64,000 nucleotides of DNA from Candidatus Pacearchaeota archaeon (GCA_026395815.1 JAPLXZ010000010.1:6659-70658), one strand, 5' to 3'. Numbered from the stretch's first letter, positions 16,618-25,874 are shown. Program-made: numbers and translations. The notes: generated by a model not told the origin, from the sequence alone.

Positions 16618-17066
16618 AAGATTACCAAGCAGTTGCAGTTTCAATAACAAATAGAAGAAGGGATTTATTTATCTTACAAAAAAAAGATGGAGGTTATTAT
16701 ATACCTCAATTTAGATTTAAGTGCTGTTTCTTTGGAGGGAGAGTAGAAGATGGAGAAGAAGAATATTCTGCATTAAGAAGGGAGTTATTGGAAGAATTAG
16801 ACCAAAAAATTGCAGAGAGAATTTACGAGAAATCCAAGAAGATAGTTCCCGATTACAAAATTATTGATGCATTAGGCAGAAATTGTACTTATTCTTTATA
16901 TGAATCAATATTGTCAACTAGATTATTAAAGAAAATAGCTTCTATGCCTGTTAAAGAAGGAGAAGCAGCTGTTTTAATCAAGAAAGAAGATATATTCAAA
17001 GCCCCATTCTTTTCAGATTTGAGAGAAGTATTAGAAGATTATCTCCTTAGACAAAAACATTCCTAA
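16614..17066 (+). CDS. NUDIX hydrolase
   Basis: Nudix box GGRVEDGEEEYSALRRELLEELD (Gx5Ex7REUxEExGU-like). Confidence 0.75.
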   Translation: MKDYQAVAVSITNRRRDLFILQKKDGGYYIPQFRFKCCFFGGRVEDGEEEYSALRRELLEELDQKIAERIYEKSKKIVPDYKIIDALGRNCTYSLYESILSTRLLKKIASMPVKEGEAAVLIKKEDIFKAPFFSDLREVLEDYLLRQKHS

Positions 17067-17070
17067 TCTT

Positions 17071-17973
17071 TTACTTTTTCTTTAGCAAATTTTTTGTCTT
17101 CTCAACAATTTTCTCAACTTTTGGAGTTCCATTTTCATACCTCTCGTAAGTTCCAGTTGGTCTATCTTCTGCTCCCAATGCTTCAACTCTATAACCTGTT
17201 TGTTTCATTAATTCGTATGCAATTGACTGAGAAGCTCCTGCAATTTCAAAATCAGAATCAATCACTAATCCTAACTTAGATTCCTTTAATGGTTTAATCA
17301 TTCTATCTAGGCTAAGTGGTTTTAGCCATAAGATATGAGAAAGATTACATTTTATATTCTTTTTTTCTAATTCTTTTGCCGCTTCTATCATATTAAATCT
17401 CGAAGCAGAAATTCCATAAAGAGTAATGTCTGCATTAGGAAGAATTATGTCCTCTAACTCTTTTGTTTGGTTAAAACTGTGTCTATGTTCGCTTACATAC
17501 ATAGGACAATCATCTTTCATGAACTCATCCCAAATCTCTTGATATTCTCCAGGAGTCATAGGAGAACATACTTTAATTCCGGGAACATGCATGAAATAAC
17601 TATGTGATATTGCTGAATGAGTTGGACCGGCTCCCTTTCCTTCTGTAGACAAAGCCCTTATGAATATTGGAGTTCCATACCCAAATAAGTATTTTGTTTT
17701 AGCAGCATAATCTACAATAAAACTGGAGTTTAGATTAATAAAGTCCTGAAATCTGATTACAAATATTGGTCTTCTTCCAACTAATGCTGCTCCAGCAACA
17801 ATTCCAGAACCAGCAACATCTATCATAGGTAATTCTATTATATTCTCGCAATCTGGAACAGTGTGGTTTACCCAGCCAACAGCAGTTAAACACTGCCCCA
17901 TTATAAGTCCATTGTTTTCTTCTAAATGTTTTTTTGTTATTTCTTTTATTGTTTCTGCAAGTGTTCTTTCCAT
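17071..17973 (-). CDS. TPP-dependent enzyme, E1 beta/transketolase-like subunit (pyrimidine-binding plus C-terminal domain)
   Basis: ELPMIDVAGSGIVAGAALVGRRPIFVIRFQDFINLNSSFIVDYAAK matches the Pyr-binding domain pattern of E1 beta subunits. The 300 aa length includes a C-terminal transketolase-type domain. Confidence 0.8.
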   Translation of the reverse strand: MERTLAETIKEITKKHLEENNGLIMGQCLTAVGWVNHTVPDCENIIELPMIDVAGSGIVAGAALVGRRPIFVIRFQDFINLNSSFIVDYAAKTKYLFGYGTPIFIRALSTEGKGAGPTHSAISHSYFMHVPGIKVCSPMTPGEYQEIWDEFMKDDCPMYVSEHRHSFNQTKELEDIILPNADITLYGISASRFNMIEAAKELEKKNIKCNLSHILWLKPLSLDRMIKPLKESKLGLVIDSDFEIAGASQSIAYELMKQTGYRVEALGAEDRPTGTYERYENGTPKVEKIVEKTKNLLKKK

Positions 17974-18800
17974 AATTTTTCAACCTCCACCCCATTTAGT
18001 TGTTCTGTCCTGTAAATTTTGTGTTCAAGCCCGTTTTTAATTAATTCCTCTCTAAAGATTTCTAATCTGTCTTTTTCTGGTTTACCATCTTCTCCTGTTC
18101 CTGTATGCCATCTATGTCTGCAAGTTCTGCAATTAAGGAATGCAGGCAGATTATTTCTAAATTCCTTTACATATTCTGCTATCACAAAAGGATCATCAGG
18201 AATATTTGCAGAAGGCATGCCAATAGCTTTTGTTGCATCTGTAAGTTCCCAACTTCTTCTTTCAGATTTTTTTGTTAATATTGAAAGATTATTGTCTTCA
18301 CACACAAAAAAGACAGGAAGCTTGTGAGTAACAGCAAAGCCCATAGCTGTAAAAACATAATCCTCTTCAGCAGCACCATCTCCAAAAACACAAAGAACCT
18401 TCTTAGAAGGATCTCCTAAAGCAGCCCCAACAGCTATAGGAACATTTTCTCCTATAAGCCCATGATGCCCAATCATCCCAATGCCTAAATCTTGTATTCC
18501 TGGAGAGCCTCCTCTTCCCCTGTTACATCCAGAATCTTTTCCTAATAACTCATCAATTAATTTTCCTATGTCTCCCCCATAAGCCAAATAAACTGAATGT
18601 CCTCTGTGTTGTGTGAATATTAAATCTGGCTTGTAGAAAACAGAAAGAGTTGATGATATTGCTTCTTGTCCAATTGAAAGATAAACCGGACATTTTATTT
18701 CTCCTTTATCAACAGCACTCATCACTTGGTTTTCAAACTTTCTGGTATAATCCATCTTTCTGTAAATATCCAAGAATTTTTTTTCATCTATTAAAACCAT
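17946..18800 (-). CDS. TPP-dependent enzyme, E1 alpha-like subunit
   Basis: TPP-binding motif VFGDGAAEEDYVFTAMGFAVTHKLPVFFVCEDNNLSI (GDG...EDNN, E1 type), with upstream SIGQEAISS...HRGH. It overlaps the beta-like gene by 28 nt. Confidence 0.8.
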   Translation of the reverse strand: MVLIDEKKFLDIYRKMDYTRKFENQVMSAVDKGEIKCPVYLSIGQEAISSTLSVFYKPDLIFTQHRGHSVYLAYGGDIGKLIDELLGKDSGCNRGRGGSPGIQDLGIGMIGHHGLIGENVPIAVGAALGDPSKKVLCVFGDGAAEEDYVFTAMGFAVTHKLPVFFVCEDNNLSILTKKSERRSWELTDATKAIGMPSANIPDDPFVIAEYVKEFRNNLPAFLNCRTCRHRWHTGTGEDGKPEKDRLEIFREELIKNGLEHKIYRTEQLNGVEVEKLWKEHLQKQ

Positions 18801-18854
18801 TTTTTTATTATATAAAACTGCCTTTTAAATTTTGTTGCAATAGACTAATAAATT

Positions 18855-20018
18855 CTATGGGAAGTCAACGCACATCGGGTCTTTTTCTCTAGTTTCCATT
18901 GCTAATTCTTCAATCTGCCTTGCATATTCTCCATAAGTGCATCTGCTACATTCTCTATCAGGATTAATTGACTTTAGATAATCTCTGTGTTTATCGCTTC
19001 CCCACATCTTTAGAATCTCTTTTGGGTCTGGATAATGACTGCATAATTTGAATCTCGGATCTACCTTGTGATCGATGCATGAATAAACATTTCCATCAGA
19101 ACATACTTGTATTACTAATGAAGAAGAAACACAATTTTTGAAAGTGTGCACAACTCTAAATTCAGGATCATATTTGTGCATTACAGTAAAAACTCTGAAT
19201 CCATCATTCTCTTCTAATTCATGACACTTTCTGAATAAATTTTGTATTTCATCTATCTTGTAGTTAACTGTCATAGCCGGCTCGAAATCCTTTCTCTCTA
19301 AATCAGCAGGACGAGCATGAAAATCTCTTACTCCTATTTCTTTTGCAAGCTCACAAGCCTTATATATCTCATGCCAATTTGTAGGAGTAATCAGGAATTT
19401 ATATGCAATATCTATTTTTGAATTTGTTCTTTCTTTTGTTTTTACTAATAATCTTAAATTTCTGATTACCTTATCAAAATAATCAACATCATGTACTTCT
19501 TTAAAAGTTTCACGAGTTCCAGCATCTACAGAAACCCCTATCCATCTGCAATTCATCATTTCTTCTGCAATCTTTTCATTTATCAAACTGCCGTTTGTTA
19601 TAACAGAACTTTTCATTCCTTTTGAAGCGATATAAGAAGGAAGAGTCCACGCATTTTTGTTCATCAAAGGCTCTCCACCACCACCAAGGCAGACTCCTCT
19701 AACACCCCAATCAGCGCAAAAATCAAGCAGTTTTTCTAAATGTTCTTTTGTCATTAATTTCTTGTCTGCAGGAACTTCATCAGGATTTATTGTAAGATAC
19801 CTTTGAGCATTGCAATGTTTGCATTTAAAATTGCACAAATGCGATGGGTCTAATGCCATCTCAATTGGAGGAGGAAGATCTTTTCTTTTTCCTTGAAACC
19901 ATTCTGCGATTGGAACATAATGACTATCAAACAAAATTAGTCCTTTGGAAGAATTAAAAGAATTATATCTGCTTTTATCACTCCATTCTATTCCTATTGG
20001 TTTATGGTCGTCCCTCAT
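18855..20018 (-). CDS. radical SAM enzyme with a C-terminal Cys-rich (SPASM/twitch-like) region
   Basis: Cluster motif SHLCNFKCKHCNA, GGGGEPLM, and C-terminal cysteines VCSDGNVYSCIDH...CSH...CSRCTYGEY. Confidence 0.8.
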   Translation of the reverse strand: MRDDHKPIGIEWSDKSRYNSFNSSKGLILFDSHYVPIAEWFQGKRKDLPPPIEMALDPSHLCNFKCKHCNAQRYLTINPDEVPADKKLMTKEHLEKLLDFCADWGVRGVCLGGGGEPLMNKNAWTLPSYIASKGMKSSVITNGSLINEKIAEEMMNCRWIGVSVDAGTRETFKEVHDVDYFDKVIRNLRLLVKTKERTNSKIDIAYKFLITPTNWHEIYKACELAKEIGVRDFHARPADLERKDFEPAMTVNYKIDEIQNLFRKCHELEENDGFRVFTVMHKYDPEFRVVHTFKNCVSSSLVIQVCSDGNVYSCIDHKVDPRFKLCSHYPDPKEILKMWGSDKHRDYLKSINPDRECSRCTYGEYARQIEELAMETREKDPMCVDFP

Positions 20019-20178
20019 TTTGTATAACCTTCAAGACAGAAAATGATATTTAAATTTTTTGTAGGTGGAATATATACTATAATTAATTTAATAGAAATTG
20101 GAAGCACTAAATAAATATTCTGCAATCTGTATATTAAGACTACACAAAACTTATATACTATTTTGAAGAAAAAATTTG

Positions 20179-21156
20179 ATGGTTAAGAGTTTAATAACTG
20201 GTATTGGTGGATTTGTAGCGAGTCATTTAGCAGATTTACTTCTTGACAGAAAAGAGGAAGTACATGGAACATACAGATGGGCAGAAGATTTGAATAAAAT
20301 AGATCATGTAAGAGAAAAAATAAACCTTGTTCCATGTGATTTATTGGATGTTAGTGCATGTGTAAGGGCAATTAGAGACTCTAAGCCGGATTATATTTTT
20401 CATTTAGCAGCTCAAAGTTATGTTAGCGACAGTTATGATAATCCAATAATAACAGTCCAGGCAAATACAATTGGAACAGTAGATTTGCTTGAAGCGATTA
20501 GAATTGTAAAACAAGAGGATTCAACTTACAATCCTGTAGTTCATGTATGCAGCACTTCAGAAGTTTATGGGCTTGTGAAAAAAGAAGACTTGCCGATTAA
20601 AGAAACTCAGGCACTTAATCCAGGAAATCCTTATGCTGTAGGAAAACTTGGAGGAGATATGGCTTCATTAGTCTATTGGACTAATTTTGGAATAAAAACA
20701 ATAAGAACAAGAGCATTCACTCATACAGGACCAAGAAGAACAATGATGTCTGCAGAATGTAATTTTGCAAAACAAATCGCTTTGATTGAAAAAGGAAAAC
20801 AAAAACCTATAATCCATCACGGAAACCTCGATAGTGTGAGAACCTGGACAGATGTTAGAGATATGGCTGAGGCATATTATCTTCTTGTGAGAAAATGCAA
20901 ACCAGGAGAAGTATATAATATCGGTGGGGATACTACAAAAACTATTGGTGAAATGTTGGATTATCTTATCTCATTGAGTCCCATGAAAGAAACGATAAAA
21001 AAATTCCAGGATCCAAAACTAATGCGGCCCTATGATGTTTCTTTGCAAATTCCAGACTGTTCAAAATTCAAAAAAGAAACAGGCTGGGAACCAAAAATCA
21101 CATTTGAAAAAACAATGCAGGATTTATTGAACTGGTGGAGACAAACAGCAGATTAG
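20179..21156 (+). CDS. NDP-sugar dehydratase/reductase (extended SDR, Gmd/Rmd-like)
   Basis: ITGIGGFVASHLADLLL Rossmann motif and the catalytic PYAVGKLGG (YxxxK). The track ORF starts at TTG 20176, and the ATG at 20179 is the likelier start. Confidence 0.8.
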   Translation: MVKSLITGIGGFVASHLADLLLDRKEEVHGTYRWAEDLNKIDHVREKINLVPCDLLDVSACVRAIRDSKPDYIFHLAAQSYVSDSYDNPIITVQANTIGTVDLLEAIRIVKQEDSTYNPVVHVCSTSEVYGLVKKEDLPIKETQALNPGNPYAVGKLGGDMASLVYWTNFGIKTIRTRAFTHTGPRRTMMSAECNFAKQIALIEKGKQKPIIHHGNLDSVRTWTDVRDMAEAYYLLVRKCKPGEVYNIGGDTTKTIGEMLDYLISLSPMKETIKKFQDPKLMRPYDVSLQIPDCSKFKKETGWEPKITFEKTMQDLLNWWRQTAD

Positions 21157-21210
21157 ATATTTTACAATTTTATAATTTACATAAATTTTTTTGTGAGAAT
21201 AATCCACAGA

Positions 21211-21921
21211 ATGTTTAAGCTTTTTATTAATACAGGAGGGTTAGGAAAAAGACTTTATTCTTTAACAAAGGATATTCCAAAGCCAATGATAATAGTAAAA
21301 GGAAAGCCCATGCTTCATCATCTTGTTGATTGGGCCAAGAAGTATGATGTTTCAGAGATAGTTATGATGAATGGGTATAAAGCAGAAAAGATTATTGAAT
21401 ACTTTAGGAATGGAGAAAATTTTGGAATAGCAATAAAACATTCAAACGAACCATATCCATTAGGAAGCGGAGGTCCATTAAGATATGCGAGAAATAATAT
21501 TACAGGGACCTTTGCCTATATGTCTGGAGATTTAATTTGTGAAGTCGATTTAAAAGAGATGTATAATATTCATACAAAAAATAATGCAGATATGACTGTC
21601 ACTTTGCATAAATCTTCTCATCCCGAGGATTCAGATATTCTTCAGGTTGATGAAAATAATCAAATAATAAGATTTGTTTCAAAACACGAGAATCATGATA
21701 ATGTCGGAGATTTGGGAAATGCTGGCTTATGCATAATGGAACCGAAAATTATAAAGTTGATGGAAGAAGAGGTTTTCAATTTTGAAAATTACCTATACCC
21801 AAGAGTACTAAATGCAAAACTAAAAATGATGGGATATATTACTGAAGAGCGAATCAAAGATATTGGGACATCAGAAAGATTAAGAGAAATTGAAGAATCT
21901 GATTTTGGAGTTGTGAAATGA
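21211..21921 (+). CDS. sugar-1-phosphate nucleotidylyltransferase (HddC/mannose-1-P guanylyltransferase-like)
   Basis: MFKLFINTGGLGKRLYSLTKDIPKPMIIV (GxGxRL signature), plus GSGGPL and SGDLICEVD. The track ORF begins at GTG 21193. The ATG 21211 places the Gly loop at the usual distance from the N-terminus. Confidence 0.8.
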   Translation: MFKLFINTGGLGKRLYSLTKDIPKPMIIVKGKPMLHHLVDWAKKYDVSEIVMMNGYKAEKIIEYFRNGENFGIAIKHSNEPYPLGSGGPLRYARNNITGTFAYMSGDLICEVDLKEMYNIHTKNNADMTVTLHKSSHPEDSDILQVDENNQIIRFVSKHENHDNVGDLGNAGLCIMEPKIIKLMEEEVFNFENYLYPRVLNAKLKMMGYITEERIKDIGTSERLREIEESDFGVVK

Positions 21922-22937
21922 AATTTTATGGAAAAAGTCCTGTTAGAATTAGTTTATGTAACGGAGGAGATACAGATTATTATGTAAATGCACTTGGCTG
22001 GACAAATCTTATAAATGCTACCCTGAGTTCTGGAACTTATTTTTGTGAAATAGAAAAAAAAGAGCAAAGTTTTATAGATTATTCTTACAAAAACAATTTC
22101 CTAAAAAAAGAGATTCATAAGAAGATTACAGATTTGGAGAATAAAGAAGAAGATTTAAGTTTAATCACTGAAACAGTAAAAGAAATAGCCCCCTCATTCA
22201 AAGGGAATATAAAAATAATAACTAATGTTCCAGAAAAGAGTGGATTAGGTGGCTCTTCTTCTTTAGTTGTTTCTTTAATAAAAGCATTGATTAAATCAAC
22301 AAATGCCAAAAATGTTACTCCAGAGCAAATAGCGTGGTTAGCTTATAAAATAGAAAGGATAAGTGCAGGAATTAAAGGAGGATATCAAGATCAGTGGGCC
22401 GCAGCTTTTTCAGGAGGAGTTAATTATCTTGAATTTAGAAAGAATAAAGTGTTCATAGAACCTCTATGGCTTTCTGAAAAATTAATGAAAAAACTTGAAG
22501 ATAATCTTATCCTTTTTTTTATAGAACCAAGAAAAGGAGATAGCGGAAATATACACAGAGAGATGGAGAATAAGATAAAAAACAAAAAAAAGGAAGATAT
22601 GAAAACAATGTTAGAAAAAAGGGGAAACGTAACTAAAACCAGAGAAGCTTTGTTAAAAGGAGATATAAAGAAATTTTCAGAATTGCTTGATACAGAACAT
22701 AAAAATAAATTAAAGTTAGTTAAAAATTTACTGAGTCCAAAAATAAAGAACATTTATTCTGCAGCATTAGCTAATGGAGCAACAACCGGAAAAATAAGCG
22801 GGGCTGGCTCAGGAGGATGTGTATTTTTTATATACGAACAAAAAGACAAAATATTTTTTATAAAAAAAATGAATGATTTAGGGTGTATATATCTCCCTCT
22901 TAAATTACAAAGGCTCAATTCTATGGGAGAAATCTGA
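21918..22937 (+). CDS. GHMP-family sugar kinase (HddA-like sugar-phosphate/anomeric kinase)
   Basis: The N-terminus SPVRISLCNGGDTDYY is of the HddA/fucokinase type. GLGGSSSLVVSLIKAL is the GHMP motif, and ISGAGSGGCVFF is also present. It has a 4-nt start/stop overlap with the nucleotidyltransferase. Confidence 0.8.
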   Translation: MKFYGKSPVRISLCNGGDTDYYVNALGWTNLINATLSSGTYFCEIEKKEQSFIDYSYKNNFLKKEIHKKITDLENKEEDLSLITETVKEIAPSFKGNIKIITNVPEKSGLGGSSSLVVSLIKALIKSTNAKNVTPEQIAWLAYKIERISAGIKGGYQDQWAAAFSGGVNYLEFRKNKVFIEPLWLSEKLMKKLEDNLILFFIEPRKGDSGNIHREMENKIKNKKKEDMKTMLEKRGNVTKTREALLKGDIKKFSELLDTEHKNKLKLVKNLLSPKIKNIYSAALANGATTGKISGAGSGGCVFFIYEQKDKIFFIKKMNDLGCIYLPLKLQRLNSMGEI

Positions 22938-23800
22938 TGATATCAATTGTTCTTAGTTCTTTTCACACCTCAAAATTATTGAAAAAAGCTATTGATGCTG
23001 TTCTGGGAAATAAAATCAAAGAAAAATATGAACTGGTTGTAATAGATTCTGATAAAAACATAAGAGAAATAATAAAACAATCAGACAAAAAATACAGCAA
23101 GATAAAATTTTTTGATGATAAAGGAAAAGGGAAAAGTTATTCGTTGAATCTTATATTTAAAATGCTGAAAGGAGATATCTGGATTTTCAGTGAGGGAGAT
23201 TCTTTCATAGCTAACAACTCTATAAATGAAATAATTGAATCATTCAGGGACGAGTCTGTTGGATGTGTTTCAGGAAGGCCGATCTCATTAAATTCAAGGA
23301 AGAAAATACTGGGCTATTGGTCGCACCTGTTGTTTGATGCAGCCCATAAAATAAGAAAAGAATTGGATGCTAAAGAATTATTTTTAGAATGTTCTGGTTA
23401 TTTATTTGCTTTTAGAGATAATATCACGAAAAATATCCCCCTAAATGTCGCAGATGATTCTATAATTCCATATTTAGTTACAAAAAAAGGTTATAAAGTA
23501 AAATATGCAGAAAAAGCAGTTGTTTATGTAGGAAATCCTCAAGAGATTAGAACTTTCATAAATCAAAAAGTAGATGCTGCAAAGGCACATGAAGCACTTG
23601 AAGACTATGCTCCTTTTTTTCCAAAAGTTAAATCATTTACTAATGAAGTAAAAAAAGGAACTTTTTTGGCCCTTGCTTATCCTAAAAATGCAAAAGAATT
23701 TTCTTGGACAATCTTACTATTTTTTACCCGGCTCTATATATGGATAAAAGTAAAGTGGGAAGAGAAAATTATTAAGAAGAAAAGGAAAGGTTTTCTTTAG
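22937..23800 (+). CDS. family 2 glycosyltransferase
   Basis: MISIVLSSFHTSKLLKKAIDAVL...YELVVIDSD and SEGDSFI (DxD-like). Paralog of the partial gene at 63357. It has an ATGA start/stop overlap with the upstream kinase. Confidence 0.7.
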   Translation: MISIVLSSFHTSKLLKKAIDAVLGNKIKEKYELVVIDSDKNIREIIKQSDKKYSKIKFFDDKGKGKSYSLNLIFKMLKGDIWIFSEGDSFIANNSINEIIESFRDESVGCVSGRPISLNSRKKILGYWSHLLFDAAHKIRKELDAKELFLECSGYLFAFRDNITKNIPLNVADDSIIPYLVTKKGYKVKYAEKAVVYVGNPQEIRTFINQKVDAAKAHEALEDYAPFFPKVKSFTNEVKKGTFLALAYPKNAKEFSWTILLFFTRLYIWIKVKWEEKIIKKKRKGFL

Positions 23801-24953
23801 TTTTTACAACTGAATCATAAAATTTTTCCAAATCAAAAATTAATTTTCTATTCAATGAAAAATTCTTTTGAGCTTTTTTTATGTCTCTTCTCATATTTTT
23901 ATAGTCTTTTTTTAATAAAATTTCCCTAATCCTGTCTAAATCTTCATAATTTATACTAAATCCAATATTATTTTCTTTGATTATTTTAGACATAAATTCA
24001 CTTTGCTTAAAACAGATTGTAGGAATTCCCGCCTCTATATAATCAAAAAGTCGATTGCCCATAGCTGTCTTTAAATGCAGAGGATTCATTATATCTATAA
24101 AATGATAATCCAGAATAATTCCATAATCATATCTACTTATTTCTTTCTTTAATTTATCAACATTTAATCTTTCATGAAAGTGGAAATATTTATTATTTTT
24201 TTCCTCATTACAATAAATTTCATTCTCTTTTTCGTCCTGACATCTTCCATAAACATGGACATGTATTTTTTGCGAGGTTATCTTTCTTATTGTTTTTATA
24301 AAAGGGACATGAAAAATTGTATCTCTTGGAGGATATGCAGCATGAACAAGGTGGATATTTGTTTTTTTAACCTCTCTTTTAAGGTTTATATTCTGATTCC
24401 ATTCATCTAAACACCCTGGTAGCAAGGCCAAATCAGGAACTCTTACCTTATATTTCAGCAGATTAAGTTCATCCTTAGGTCCCTTGTGTAAAATCCCATC
24501 TGTTTTTCCAAAACCTATTCTTTCAAAAAATTCCTGAAAAGATTCTTTTATTCCTAAGTCCTTAATAGAAAATTTTCTCCCGTAAAATCCCCAGATGTCA
24601 TATGCAAAATATATTTTTGGCCTTTTTTTTGTTATGTGCATGAAGATTAGTGTAAAGAAATCAGGTCCAGTTATTTGAAATAAATAAGGATTCAGTTTTC
24701 TTATGCTTTTGATGAATTCCTTTCCTTCTCTGCTAGATAATTTTTTTAGGATAAGGAGCATATTTTTTGGATTGATTTTATGGCTCAATTCAAATATAAA
24801 AAATTTATCAAAAACATCCTTATATTTTTCTTTGTCAACTTTTGAAAAAGAAACCAATACTGTTTCATAATTTCCTGTAGCTTTCAAAACTTTTGCTATC
24901 TTTACATTAATCATATTAGGAACATATTCAACAAAAACAATCTGTTTTTTCAT
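23772..24953 (-). CDS. uncharacterised GT-B-like glycosyltransferase-family protein
   Basis: 393 aa. The C-terminal GNRLFDYIEAGIPTICFK resembles a GT-B nucleotide-sugar-binding helix. It is a clear paralog of 52575..53825 (shared N-terminus KKQIVFxE...). I cannot name the family. Confidence 0.5.
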   Translation of the reverse strand: MKKQIVFVEYVPNMINVKIAKVLKATGNYETVLVSFSKVDKEKYKDVFDKFFIFELSHKINPKNMLLILKKLSSREGKEFIKSIRKLNPYLFQITGPDFFTLIFMHITKKRPKIYFAYDIWGFYGRKFSIKDLGIKESFQEFFERIGFGKTDGILHKGPKDELNLLKYKVRVPDLALLPGCLDEWNQNINLKREVKKTNIHLVHAAYPPRDTIFHVPFIKTIRKITSQKIHVHVYGRCQDEKENEIYCNEEKNNKYFHFHERLNVDKLKKEISRYDYGIILDYHFIDIMNPLHLKTAMGNRLFDYIEAGIPTICFKQSEFMSKIIKENNIGFSINYEDLDRIREILLKKDYKNMRRDIKKAQKNFSLNRKLIFDLEKFYDSVVKTKENLSFSS

Positions 24954-25112
24954 GAAAATTAGTATGTTAACTCTCTTTTAAAATTAATTATGATTATGTT
25001 TTATATAACGTCCTAAAAAATCATTTACCAAATATATACAAATAATCCCTTGCTAACCTTAATAATCTTTATAAACAGCTTATTCATCGAATGTTTTAGC
25101 CACTTGTATAAA

Positions 25113-25874
25113 ATGTCAGAATTTAATCTATTAGAATCCGCAGGATTGCCCCAAAAAAAGAAAAGAGACAGAGAAGGAGTTATAACTCAAGAAGATAGAG
25201 AAATTGCAGGAAAACTTGCTTTTGATTTCTATGATGGAGATAGGAGATATGGCTATGGCGGATACATTTATGATGGAAGATGGAAAAAGGTTGCAGAATC
25301 GGCAAAAGAAAGATATAAACTAAATCCAAATTCAAAAGTTTTAATTGACAGATGCCATAAAGGGTTTTTAGTTCATGATTTAAAACAATTAATTCCAGAA
25401 ATTACAGTTTATGGAATGCATCCAAAGGAATATGCAATAAATCATGCAATGGAAGGATTTGGAAGATGGTTCCTGCTTAATTCTAAAGAAAGAAATGAGG
25501 ATCCAAGAATAGATATTGACCCAAGATTAATTGAAGAAAAAGCAAGAGATGAAACATCGCCTTTTTTGATTCAGGCTGATTCAAGAGAAATGCCTTTTGG
25601 TGATAATTATTTTGATTGTGTAATTTCCATAGAGAACGCATGCTCCTTTCCAGAAGAAGAATGCAGGCAGATTGTAAGAGAAATAGTAAGAGTAAGCAAA
25701 CTTTCTTCTCATCATTGCTACATCCAGAATGACTCATGGGAAAATGAAGAACAGAAAAAGAAACTATTGAACTGGAGCAAACTATGCAAAACATTCCTGG
25801 ATATGGATCAATGGAAAAAACTTTATGAAGAGGAGTATTATCATGGAGATTTCGGATTCACAATCATCGAATAG
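25113..25874 (+). CDS. class I methyltransferase-fold protein with degenerate SAM-binding motifs
   Basis: It is homologous to 42052..42708 over its full length (FDGDRRYGYGGYIYDGRW vs FDGERKHGYGGYNYHPRFW). However, motif I reads LIDRCHKGFLV instead of LDVGCGKGFML. The start is placed at the ATG 25113 (MSEFNLLES); the track ORF starts at TTG 25050. Confidence 0.65.
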   Translation: MSEFNLLESAGLPQKKKRDREGVITQEDREIAGKLAFDFYDGDRRYGYGGYIYDGRWKKVAESAKERYKLNPNSKVLIDRCHKGFLVHDLKQLIPEITVYGMHPKEYAINHAMEGFGRWFLLNSKERNEDPRIDIDPRLIEEKARDETSPFLIQADSREMPFGDNYFDCVISIENACSFPEEECRQIVREIVRVSKLSSHHCYIQNDSWENEEQKKKLLNWSKLCKTFLDMDQWKKLYEEEYYHGDFGFTIIE

